From: Laetmonice hystrix | Taxonomy: Eukaryota | Direction of reading: 5' to 3' | Assembly (NCBI GenBank): GCA_965235115.1 | Contig: OZ249448.1 | Location: forward strand, 17,174,001-17,238,000 | Length of the DNA: 64,000 bases | In this document: positions 40,418 through 52,632 of the stretch, one piece after another | How positions within the stretch are numbered: the first letter of the stretch is position 1 | Layout of the letters: each line of letters begins with the position of its first letter | Program-made: the position numbers and the translations under genes | The notes under the pieces: model-generated | Databases searched by the model: none | The model's input: only the letters and a program-made list of their open reading frames with translations | Told to the model about the DNA's origin: nothing

Positions 40418-41835
40418 GCCTACCTACACCCATCTACAGCATCGGGAACCTACCCATACCCGCCTACAGCATCAGGAGCCTACCCACCCCCGTCTACAGC
40501 ATCAGGAGCCTACCCATACACGCCTACAGCATCAGGAGCCTACCCACACCCGCCTACAGCATCAGGAGCCTACCCGCACCCGCCTACAGCATCAGGAGCC
40601 TATCCACCCCCGTCTACAGCATCAGGAGCCTACCCGCACCCGCCTACAGCATCAGGAGCCTACCCACACCCGTCTACAGCATCAGGAGCCTACCCACACC
40701 CGTCTACACCACCGGGGACCTACCCACACCCGCCTACAGCATCAGGAGCCTACCCACACCCATCTACAGTATCAGGAGCCTACCCACACCCGCCTATAGC
40801 ATCAGGAGCCTACCCATACCCGTCTACAGCATCAGGAGCCTACCCACACCCATCTACAGCATCAGGAGCCTACCCACACCCGCCTACAGCATCAGGAGCC
40901 TACCCATACCCGCTTACAGCATCAGGAGCCTACCCACACCCGTCTACAGCATCAGGAGCCTACCCACACCTGTCTACAGCATCAGGAGCCTACCCATACC
41001 CGCCTACAGCATCAGGAGCCTACCCACACCTGTCTACAGCATCAGGAGCCTACCCATACCCGCCTACAGCATCATGAGCCTACCCACACCTGTCTACAGC
41101 ATCAGGAGCCTACCCACACCTGTCTACAGCATCAGGAGCCTACCCACACCCGTCTACAGCATCAGGAGCCTACCCACACCTGTCTACAGCATCAGGAGCC
41201 TACCCACACCTGTCTACAGCATCAGGAGCCTACCCACACCTGTCTACAGCATCAGGAGCCTACCCACACCTGTCTACAGCATCAGGAGCCTACCCATACC
41301 CGTCTACAGCATCAGGAGCCTACCCACACCCATCTACACCACCGGGGACCTACCCATACCCGCCTACAGCATCAGGAGCCTACCCACCCCCGTCTACAGC
41401 ATCAGGAACATACCCATACCCGTCTACAGCATCAGGAGCCTACCCACACCCATCTACACCACCGGGGACCTACCCACACCCATCTACAGCATCAGGAGCC
41501 TACCCACACCCATCTACAGTATCAGGAGCCTACCCACACCCGCCTACAGCATCAGGAGCCTACCCATACCCGTCTACAGCATCAGGAGCCTACCCACACC
41601 CGTCTACACCACCGGGGACCTACCCACACCCATCTACAGCATCAGGAGCCTACCCACACCCGTCTACAGCATCAGGAGCCTACCCATACCCGTCTACAGC
41701 ATCAGGAACATACCCACACCCGTCTAGAGCATCAGGAGCCTACCCACACCCGTCTACACCACCGGGGACCTACCCACACCCGCCTACAGCATCAGGAACA
41801 TACCCACACCCGTCTACACCACCCGGAGCCTACCC
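40418..41835. repeat. Minisatellite, 30-bp unit A, about 47 copies
   Basis: Unit TACAGCATCAGGAGCCTACCCACACCCGTC, with interspersed TACACCACCGGGGACC variant units. Confidence 0.97.
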
Positions 41836-41837
41836 TG

Positions 41838-42133
41838 GGGCCTACCTACACCCAGCTACAACACTTGGGGCCTGCCCACACACATCTACAACACCTGGGG
41901 CCTACCCACACCCACCTACAACACCTGGGGCCTGACCACACCCACCTACAACACCTGGTACCTACCCACACCCACCTACAACACCTGGTACCTACCCACA
42001 CCCACCTACAACACCTGGGGCCTGCCCACACCCATCTACAACACCTGGTACCTACCCACACCCACCTACAACACCTGGTACCTACCCACACCCACCTACA
42101 ACACCTGGGGCCTGCCCACACCCATCTACACCA
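41838..42133. repeat. Minisatellite, 30-bp unit B, related to A, about 10 copies
   Basis: Unit TACAACACCTGG(GG/TA)CCTACCCACACCCACC directly abutting array A. Confidence 0.94.
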
Positions 42134-43930
42134 CGAGAGATTCCATTCCTTGCCCCGCTTGCCTTAGTTAGTACAATCTGTGCCTGATTGATCTGGAATG
42201 TGTCATTGATCTATTATATTATTGTGTGATTAATCTTCTCCTTGGGCTCGGCTGGTCGTACCGGCCCTACGTGGAGTAATTAATTGTCGTAACCTTGCTG
42301 CCTTTAGACGATTCTTCACAAATTGGGGTCTCCCTGCACAAACAGCCTTGACGTCGACGCTCGTGACCCGCAATTACTTTCTCCAATTATAAGGAAAAAC
42401 ATTATAAATAGACATTATAAAGAGACGTAGGTCGTCCATACTAAGGCGTGTACATTTATAGCGAGGATCATGTATAGGTGCGTGAGCCACATCATCTGGG
42501 ATAACTGGTCGAGGTCTGACTATTTAAACGTGGTGTTGGTTTCATGGCTAAAGTTCTATTATACTAATTAAAATGGTTGCTCCCCATCGTAACGTGACTA
42601 CCCCAGATAATAGCGCTATATAGTATACCAGAACTCGGTCTATGGATCTACGTATACATGAAGGAGTCAGAAATCACATTAGACAGATCAAGCCAGGATT
42701 CGGCTGCGGTCCGCCAGCTCGATGCTCTGCTGAAATCGCGGCCCTTTGGCTTACATTGTTTGTCGGGAAATTCATACGAGCCGGCGGTGCTGACGTCTGT
42801 CTCGGCCGGCTACAATGGCGGTCGGCGTGCGGGGCGCACGTTACGAGAGTCTGCACGCAAACTTCGCTCGGTAAAGGCAGGCCATTGTAGCACGCTTCCA
42901 CAGCGTCCCTCTCTTACCCCTTGGAGAAAAACTCCCATTCAATGTTAATTCGCCGCTCCCCCCACGTTTTCTGCCCTATTGTATAGGGTACGACTTCGAT
43001 CACTGAATTCAATTCGCCGTATTGCTTTTTCATGTCTGCCTGTTAACTACACCTGATTGGTGAACGCCGAGTCGTCAAGGAAAAGACAATACTTTCAGCG
43101 CTGTCGTGATGCCAAAGAGGATAGGAACATCCTTGGGATACAGTCACGTGATTGAGATGTTTCTCTAAGCCGACGTACTCATTCACGAACCAATATGTTT
43201 GGGAACAGGAGACGCTTTCAGAGCATGGCACAGACTATAGCATACCAGTTCAAAAAAAACACCCTACTCTCTCGCCCCTCCCACACTGATGGCCCTCTTC
43301 CAGAACTGAAATAACCTCCAGGTTGACACTGAACAAGCTGACATCATCCCTTAGAAAACGGATGACGTGCTAGTATTAATATGTCTACAGCACAAAGAGA
43401 CGACAAAAGCCTCACTCTAAGTCAGACCTTTTTTAAGGGAACGTCCATCAATTGCTCTTGATGTTATAATGACTCGCTCTAAGCCTACGCATCTTGTTGA
43501 CGTCAATGAAACGCGCTGCCAGCCATATTTTGTTAAAGTGACAATGTCTTTCAATGGACTTCCGAAAGTAAGAATTAATACACATCCGAGGGAGTATTTT
43601 TTCACCGTTAATCGGCTCCGTCTTGACAACCCTGACCGGGCAGATTGTTTGAATTTCGTTTTTTGTTATATTATGCATGATGCTTAGTCCCGATTAGGTT
43701 TTGATTAATTTCAATAGCTCTTGAGCCGTCGTCCGCCATGTACTTGAGCCGGTTGTATAAATATTTCATTACCGACAGACCCGGCTGAGTGATGAGAGAA
43801 CTAAACAGGGACTACCCCGGCCAGACACCGCTACCCAGAGCAGGTTACTCTATCCTTCAGGAAGCAAGCTGTCAGACGTCCCTCTAATTTGGTTCTTGCA
43901 CTCCCAACCCGTCTATGATGGAAGGGACAA

Positions 43931-45758
43931 TCAATGATACACCAACCAGTCTCGTTGGATACACTAATAGCCGCTTTCATCTCGACTCACAGGACTCACT
44001 CACGGCGTATAAAGTTATCTTTAATTACAACCACGCTAGGCCTATATCAATGATACACCAACCAGTCTCGTTGGATACATTAATAGCCGCTTTCATCTCG
44101 ACTCACAGGACTCACTCACCAACCATGCAGTCTCGTTGGATACACTAATAGCCGCTTTCATCTCGACTCACAGCACCCACTCACCAACCAGTCTCGTTGG
44201 ATACACTAATAGCCGCTTTCATCTCGACTCACAGCACCCACTCACCAACCAGTCTCGTTGGATACACTAATAGCCGCTTTAATCTCGACTCACAGGGCTC
44301 ACTCACCAACCAGTCTCGTTGGATACACTAATAGCCGCTTTAATTTCATCTCGACTCACAGCACCCACTCACCAACCAGTCTCGTTGGATACACTAATAG
44401 CCGCTTTAATCTCGACTCACAGGGCTCACTCACCAACCAGTCTCGTTGGATACACTAATAGCCGCTTTCATCTCGACTCACAGGACTCACTCACCAACCA
44501 GTCTCGTTGGATACACTATAATAGCCGCTTTAATCTCGACTCACAGGGCTCACTCACCAACCAGTCTCGTTGGATACACTATAATAGCCGCTTTAATCTC
44601 GACTCACAGGACTGACTCACCAACCAGTCTCGTTGGATACACTATAATAGCCGCTTTCATCTCGACTCACAGCACCCACTCACCAACCAGTCTCGTTGGA
44701 TACACTAATAGCCGCTTTAATCTCGACTCACAGGGCTCACTCACCAACCAGTCTCGTTGGATACACTATAATAGCCGCTTTAATCTCGACTCACAGGGCT
44801 CACTCACCAACCAGTCTCGTTGGATACACTATAATAGCCGCTTTAATCTCGGCTCACAGGACTCACTCACCAACCAGTCTCGTTGGATACACTAATAGCC
44901 GCTTTAATCTCGACTCACAGGACTCACTCACCAACCAGTCCCGTTGGATACACTAATAGCCGCTTTAATCTCGACTCACAGGACTCACTCACCAACCAGT
45001 CTCGTTGGATACACTAATAGCCGCTTTAATCTCGACTCACAGGGCTCACTCACCAACCAGTCTCGTTGGATACACTAATAGCCGCTTTAATCTCGACTCA
45101 CAGCACCCACTCACCAACAAGTCTCGTTGGATACACTAATAGCCGCTTTAATCTCGACTCACAGGACTCACTCACCAACCAGTCTCGTTGGATACACTAA
45201 TAGCCGCTTTAATCTCGACTCACAGGACTCACTCACCAACCAGTCTCGTTGGATACACTAATAGCCGCTTTAATCTCGACTCACAGGACTCACTCACCAA
45301 CCAGTCTTGTTGGATACACTAATAGCCGCTTTAATCTCGACTCACAGCACCCACTCACCAACAAGTCTCGTTGGATACACTAATAGCCGCTTTAATCTCG
45401 ACTCACAGGACTCACTCACCAACCAGTCTTGTTGGATACACTAATAGCCGCTTTAATCTCGACTCACAGGACTGACTCACCAACCAGTCTCGTTGGATAC
45501 ACTAATAGCCGCTTTAATCTCGACTCACAGGACTGACTCACCAACCAGTCTTGTTGGATACACTAATAGCCGCTTTAATCTCGACTCACAGCACCCACTC
45601 ACCAACAAGTCTCGTTGGATACACTAATAGCCGCTTTAATCTCGACTCACAGGACTCACTCACCAACCAGTCTTGTTGGATACACTAATAGCCGCTTTAA
45701 TCTCGACTCACAGCACTCACTCGCGGCGATTAAAGTTACCTTTAATTACAACCACGCT
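43931..45758. repeat. Minisatellite, 61-bp unit, about 28 copies, nested in a 116-bp duplication
   Basis: Unit CACCAACCAGTCTCGTTGGATACACTAATAGCCGCTTTAATCTCGACTCACAGGACTCACT; tail AAAGTTA(T/C)CTTTAATTACAACCACGCTA present after both the first and the last unit. Confidence 0.96.
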
Positions 45759-46876
45759 ATATGGGATTGTCTATAGTACAATTAGTACACACCTATACAC
45801 TTCACCGTTTAGTAGTACATCATCATATATGTTGGTGTTATGACTGAATAATTTGGAATTTTCTCCATTTACAACCCAGGGGGTGCAGCCCGGGGTTGTG
45901 TGGGGTAGTGGGGATGTTGCTCGCCCCAGTTCTTGCCCCAAGCGATGAAGACGGTGACCTCCTGACCCCACCCCCTCCCTCACCCCACTCCCATATAGAG
46001 CGTTTAGTGGTCTCTGTGACCTTTTTCTTGGAGCAGGCGTTCTGGCTGCCACTGGTCGGCACCACCCCTCCCAATGTTACAGCCTGAGGGCGGGTATGAC
46101 GTGGGTGGGGGTGGGGGTGGGGTAGTGGTGGTTAAAACGTTTCGAGATGAAGGTGGGGGTGGGGGCAGGTCTTTGATCATCGTGTCAGAATTGAGGCGCG
46201 GCAGTCGGTGGTCAGCGTGAGGTCCGAGATACCTGCCAGCAAGGTCAGTGGTGCTGTCCTTGTCTAACAGCCGTGGCTCCCTCTATCGGCCGCCCCACTC
46301 CCCATTCCCCGCTCCGAGCCGCGAGATCCGTCCGACAGTCGGTGCGCCAACCACCACCCCCACCACCACCACCACCAACCACCAGGCCAGTGGAGCGAAC
46401 GACGCTGACGTTATACCACAGATGACAAATGTCGACTTGATGTGTGAAATGACAGCCTGTAGCTGTCGTCGACGGACCGACTCGGCACCATACCGACGGT
46501 TGACGACCACTAACGACTACTGACGACCACTGACGACCGCTGGTTACACATTCACTAATCTATGTGTGGGTTTACAAACAGGACGAGTGGCCAGGCTGGA
46601 TTGCTGTTTAAACAGCCAGGATGAAGATGTGGGGTGGGGTGAGGTGATGGTACAGGTAGGGGATGGGTGTCAGGGTATAAGGCCTGGGCCAGTACCCATT
46701 CCTGACGTAAAGTTGTAAGCTCAAGAAGCCTTACCACTATTCTTTAAGAGTATGGTTCTGTCCCAGTGTGCGAGTTTCTTCATGTATCATCAACATGAAC
46801 TGAATAAATGAAAGAGACTTGATCTCGACCTGAACATGGCCAACAGTAACTGTTGTCGACAGGACGTCAAACGATG

Positions 46877-47523
46877 AATCCACCTAGTACATCCACATCC
46901 TGAGGTAAAGTTACATACTCTACTCTACAACCCTCCCTCTCTCTGTAACCAGATATTGTAAACACGACCAATCCACCTAGTACATCCACATCCTGAGGTA
47001 AAGTTACATACTCTACTCTACAACCCTCCGTCTCTCTGTAACCAGATATTGTAAACACGACCAATCCACCTAGTACATCCACATCCTGAGGTAAAGTTAC
47101 ATACTCTACTCTACAACCCTCCGTCTCTCTGTAACCAGATATTGTAAACACGACCAATCGACCTAGTACATCCACATCCTGAGGTAAAGTTACATACTGT
47201 ACTCTACAACCCTCCGTCTCTCTGTAACCAGATATTGTAAACACGACCAATCCACCTAGTACATCCACATCCTGAGGTAAAGTTACATACTCTACTCTAC
47301 AACCCTCCCTCTCTCTGTAACCAGATATTGTAAACACGACCAATCCACCTAGTACATCCACATCCTGAGGTAAAGTTACATACTCTACTCTACAACCCTC
47401 CCTCTCTCTGTAACCAGATATTGTAAACACGACCAATCCACCTAGTACATCCACATCCTGAGGTAAAGTTACATACTCTACTCTACAACCCTCCGTCTCT
47501 CTGTAACCAGATATTGTAAACAC
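46877..47523. repeat. Minisatellite, 93-bp unit, 7 copies; minus strand reads (VFTISGYRETEGCRVEYVTLPQDVDVLGGLV)n
   Basis: Period 93 (CCACCTAG at 46880 and 46973); near-identical units; ORF 46867-47586 on the minus strand. Confidence 0.97.
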
Positions 47524-47864
47524 CTGACAATACAAGAATTCTAGGACCGTAACCCCCCCCCCGGCCACCATCGGATCAAAAGTCATCTATGTCAAAAAGT
47601 GGTATGTATTGTTTATTTTAACTTAGAGATTACCAGTGAACCATGTAAAGCACACACTTTAAATGTTAATAATTATATAGTGTATACAGAGGCATGTTAC
47701 ATAAATGTATAAAGATTTCTACAGATCCCGGAGAATGCCTTCCCTAGCCGACAGTCAACAACCTTGAGCTGTCACATTGAATGGTTTCTCTGTCACTCGC
47801 CAGGTGTCAAGGAGTGCTCACTCTGAGATCGGCTGGTGTACACCTCGTCCGTGGCTTTAATTGT

Positions 47865-47927
47865 CGGGGAGTGGGGAGTCGGGGAGGGTGAGTCGGGGAG
47901 TGGGGAGTGGGGAGTCGGGGAGGGGGA
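47865..47927. repeat. (GGGGAGT)n G-rich tract
   Basis: Tandem GGGGAGT/GGGGAGTC units. Confidence 0.85.
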
Positions 47928-48377
47928 GCCGGCCGCCCCTATCGCCACTCCCACCACGCATGCCGTGCTACTATAAATCCTGAGGCAGCACTCTCTCGGG
48001 TTAATAGGAATGTGGTGTTATGGTTTAAACAGTTTCTATCGTGCTTTGCACGACGTTAACTGATAAAGGTAGGATTGGGGATTTGCTGCAGGCAGCGGGT
48101 GGGGGTATATAGACTGGTTCACCTCGGCTGACCTCCACCGTCAGCACTGAGGGGTATGAACCTTACCCTCACCCCAACTCCTAACCCCATGCTCTGAACA
48201 CGCGCACAATCACTGTACGTGGCTTCGCGTCCGTTTCGAGCGTGCATCTTTCAATATTGATCAAACAGTAAGCAGACAGGAAATTGCGTAATTCACGGTC
48301 TTGTTTGGGCTAATTAATCCCCACGGCAGTTGTAGCAGGTATAGTGACGGGGGGACGTGCTGACGGAGGCCGAGAGT

Positions 48378-48583
48378 CCGGGAGGCCGGGGGCCGGGGGC
48401 CGGGGGGCCGGGGGGCCGGGGGCCGGGGCCGGGAGGCCGGGGGGCCGGGGGGCCGGGGGGCCGGGGGCCGGGGGGCCGGGGGCCGGGGGGCCGGGGGCCG
48501 GGGGGCCGGGGGGCCGGGGGCCGGGGGGCCGGGGGGCCGGGGGGCCGGGGGGCCGGGGGGCCGGGGGGCGGGGGCCGGGGGGC
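48378..48583. repeat. (G4-6CC)n GC-only repeat
   Basis: Continuous GGGGGCC/GGGGGGCC/GGGGCC units. Confidence 0.95.
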
Positions 48584-49348
48584 GGTGTGGGAGAGCTTGC
48601 CGTCTGACGGCCGCTGTGTTTGAAGGTCACACCACGCTCTCTCCAGGAGTCGGGTCTCCCGTCGGCCACCGCCGCCACGGCCTCCGCTAACACCGCCACG
48701 GCGAGCCGCGACGGACCCGGCAACTAGCGCAGGTTAATGCATGGCAAACGGCCAGTTGCCTGCCCAGCCACGCCACTTGTAGTGCATTCAACAGTACAAA
48801 TTGTAGCCCCAAATCCTGTGTGATGTGCCCGTTTACATTTTATACGTTGTCATCGGCGGAGCGGGTTGCGGTGTGGGGAGGTTGTTGTCCGCCGGCGGCG
48901 CTGACCGGGCGCCACAGCCGGGCGGTAAAACCAGGCCGAAGGCCAGCAGGCGTCGGCATCGGGGAAAAAACGAGCCTGCTGCAGAGCCACTCTGCATGCT
49001 ACTACTGACTACAATCGATAGAGAGTCACGACTCAGTCATGCGCCCAACTCCCCCGGCGAGTCCCGCTCATGGGCGAGATGGCGGTCTGTGGGGGCCTTA
49101 AAAAATGCTGTTATTGTAGAACGCTTGGTTAACAAGACCATATGGGCAGTACAGAGAAAAAGCTGCCCTCAAAATTTTATACACTGGGCTTCCGTGAATA
49201 GCATGTGAAAGTACACACACTAACATCAGCGGCCTTGTCCATCACATCGGGCTTTGTGTCAGTTATTATTGTTGATAAATTGTCTGGTCTGATTTCCTTG
49301 ACTCCATGAATGTCATACACCATACACTGATGGTTTAAACTGATTGTA

Positions 49349-49422
49349 TACATTCAGTAAATACAGAAACCTGACGTGAAAGATTCCAGGACATTCAGTA
49401 AATACAGAAACCTGACGTGAAT
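49349..49422. repeat. Short tandem duplication, 42-bp period
   Basis: ACATTCAGTAAATACAGAAACCTGACGTGAA occurs twice. Confidence 0.88.
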
Positions 49423-50389
49423 GATTCCAGAAGGATTCAAGACATCAGGCTTTCAGCGCTTTCCGGCCAATTGTTAAACATTTACCGTGAAAAGCCTTAT
49501 TTTTTAACTTTGTGAGCTGTTGATATTTCAGGTTGTATGCTGGATTACTATCCCAATAAAATAGAAAATTGTAGGCCAAGGGAAAGAATTGTAAATATCG
49601 ACGCTGACCGAGCAGTATGACAGGACGCATGAAGTGTAGCTGGTTAATGCGGCCATTCATCCCATTATCTCGTCCACCTCTTTGTCAAGCGTTCATTCAC
49701 TGACAATTTACTTGGGTGTTATAATGCAGCGTTGGTAAAAATGATTGTCTGTCTCGATAATAAGTTCTTCATCACCATCATCCTCATCACTTTTCTGGGT
49801 GTTATAATCATGCCTGCCTGCACATCCACCGAATGCCTTTGTCCATGCGTCCTCTTGCGTTTTAAACGCTTTGACACTTACAATTGGATTATGAATCTCC
49901 TGAGATTTTGTGTCATGCACGAGCCCTACTCTGGTATACTTGTATTTCCACTCCCACCCCCACCATACAAATACACACGACTATGATTAAAATTATGGAG
50001 ATTTAGCTACGATTTCCAAACCATCCCAAAATGTTGGCTAACGGAGAGATAGAGAATGCGACAGAGACAGAGAGAGAGGTTAATGATGAGAAGGTATCCA
50101 CAGCCTCCATCGCCTGGACTTCCTTCAATTTGTTGAAGTCTCTCTCTCGTAATTCCGGCCCGCCGCCGCCACCAGCCGCCTGTTTCACTGACAGAATAAT
50201 TAGGAGCACCTTTCTGTCAGCATGCATGCTGTCTTTTAAATGTCATGCATTATCTCCAACCTTAAGACGATGAACTCCTATACATTTTATTTGTTGGAAT
50301 AGTTTTGGAAAGGTCACTGCCATTATCAGGATATTAGTTTGAGTTAGATGTCCATTTAATTACCTTAAATATCGGATAAATTGTTTCAG

Positions 50390-50430
50390 AAAGTCGCTAT
50401 TCTTCCCAACTGTAATTATAACACGCTGAG
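50390..50430 (+). CDS. Candidate small exon, 41 nt (KVAILPNCNYNTL)
   Basis: Acceptor ATAAATTGTTTCAG, donor GAG/GTAAGA; a single open frame; no partner exons identified. Confidence 0.15.
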
Positions 50431-52473
50431 GTAAGAGACAAACACATATCATAAAAGGTTAACTATACTGAGGAGGAATATAAAACAAGGAATCCGCCAC
50501 TTTATAAGGATTTTATCTATACTTATAACATGTCAACAGTGTTTCGTGGCGTTCGGAAGGTCAAGCTCTTCATAATAATAGTCACCCCCTTATCACCCTA
50601 CAGGGGTACAACTACACTCCCTGTTGACGCCCTAATTTAGCAATAAGAAAGATGACTTCTATCTGAGTAATACTGAATGGACGACAGGATAGACCTCCGT
50701 ACGAATCCTCAATGTACCGCGCCCAAGTTAAAGACGAATACCATCAGACAAAATTAATCCTCTGTAAGATACATCCAAACTTTTTTTTCTGAAAGAACTT
50801 AGTTTTGTTATTGTCACCCTTGATAGCCAATATAAATTCCATTCCCACTGACCACGCCGACATTCTTGGTTTTCTGTGACTGCAGTCAGTCGGAATATCA
50901 GAACCACATACGGCAAACTTCTGAACTTTGTCCACGTATACAAAGCTCATGTCACATAAACATGGAGTTTCGATATGATATCACAAATAGCCATAGTTGC
51001 CTTTCTTCCCCTATTGCTTGTTAAATCACCATCCTACAGAGCAAGTATATGGGGCCCTCGTTTACAGGCAATCGATCGATGATGACGAATCAGAACAAGC
51101 ACAGAGACAAACTCCTAACGGATGACGAATGAGACTTTGGATGACAGTCGATTTCACCAGGCCTGTATACTTTCTTAATTGGATAATTTAAAACACAATC
51201 GAGTTATGACTGATAGACGGCGCCTGCCTTTTGAAAAGAAGCGACGTCTGTAGAGAAACGAGTTGTTTTTAATGTTTCTGACGAGACTGCTCTAACAAGA
51301 TAAACAAACAATGTGTATATCCCATGAAAGACATGAAACGGAACCAGAAATAAATGATGTCCTTCGTGAGTACTGCTGCACCATGCGGGCTACCTTAGCT
51401 AGGTTTTTAAAACCAGTAAACCATGAATCATTGTTAGCCTCATACATTGTCAGTACAGGAGCCTGGCATTCGCTTCACTCATTTACTATTATATGTACAT
51501 GTACATAATGTATATTAGTTGTCAGAATGGACCCGACACACACTGTATACCGACATTAATTACTCCCTCAAGTTCCTGCGTGTTACTGAACATTAAACTC
51601 TACATTCCGCGCAATAAATTCTACGATGCCGATAGATTCTCTGAACGACAATATCCAGCGCAGAATAAAAGCTGGCTTTCTGTCTACCTCTGATATATAG
51701 TGTACTGTTCACCGATATAACAATCTCTCTATCGATCAGAACTCGCACTGCAGACAAAGTCACAAAGTTTATACTTATTCATAAATAACAAACTATACAA
51801 TTTCAGAAATACAACTATAATATTTCATTTCGTCGAACTCTTTTTAAAAACTCCACCCTGGAACGTTCTCGACTCCATTCTGTAGCATACGACTAACATT
51901 AAGCTGGTTTTGGGGAGTCTGTAGTTATAATACCTAACAGATGAACACAACTGGCCAAACTTCATATACACATAGATTGCTTGCACAACCTTCTGGATGA
52001 TTTAGGTATTCAGAGAATCATTGCATGCCTTATCATGTAGTAGGAAGTAGAAAGTAATTTAAAGTGCGCAGCAGTATCTTCTTTCTCCCGCCCACCTCTT
52101 CGGATAAGATTTCCCCCAACTTGCTGACCACGTTATATTCCACTGAAAACAGAAGTCAGCGCACCCCTAGGGTATACGTTTACTAGCTCGACATTCTATT
52201 ATCCTGCCATTCCGTATTCTAACAGGTTTCGGACGGGACACTATACTTAGGATCATTGCCTTCGGCACAGTTTGACAGTTCCCTTTCGGTTCCAGCCCCC
52301 GGTAGAAAGAGGAAAGTTCACCCTTTTCAATAATTGATTATAAAGTCTAACTCAAGACGAAAATAATGATCTTGATTTATGTAAGTATAAATGTGGGATT
52401 ATAACGCCGAGTATAATCTAGCCATTCTTAATATCATAAATAACTTTGCAGTATCCCACAGTATAATGAGAGA

Positions 52474-52632
52474 CTAGTAGTACTGCTATGAGGGACCGGT
52501 TATAGGCTACGGGTATGTAATGAGGGACTAGTAGTACTGGTATGAGGGACCGGTAGTACTGGTATGTTATGAGGGACTAGTAGTACTGGTATGAGGGACC
52601 GGTAGTACTGGTATGTTATGAGGGACTAGTAG
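52474..52632. repeat. Short dimeric minisatellite, 49-bp higher-order unit (22+27)
   Basis: GAGGGACTAGTAGTACTGGTATGAGGGACCGGTAGTACTGGTATGTTAT at 52522, 52571 and partially at 52620. Confidence 0.9.

Noticed and set aside
643-47523. Tandem arrays as CRISPR arrays
   Set aside because: Units are head-to-tail with no unique spacers, there are no cas-like ORFs, and the context is eukaryotic
48310-48723. Collagen-like or Gly/Pro-rich ORFs
   Set aside because: Translations of the (G4-6CC)n tract; no sustained Gly-X-Y register
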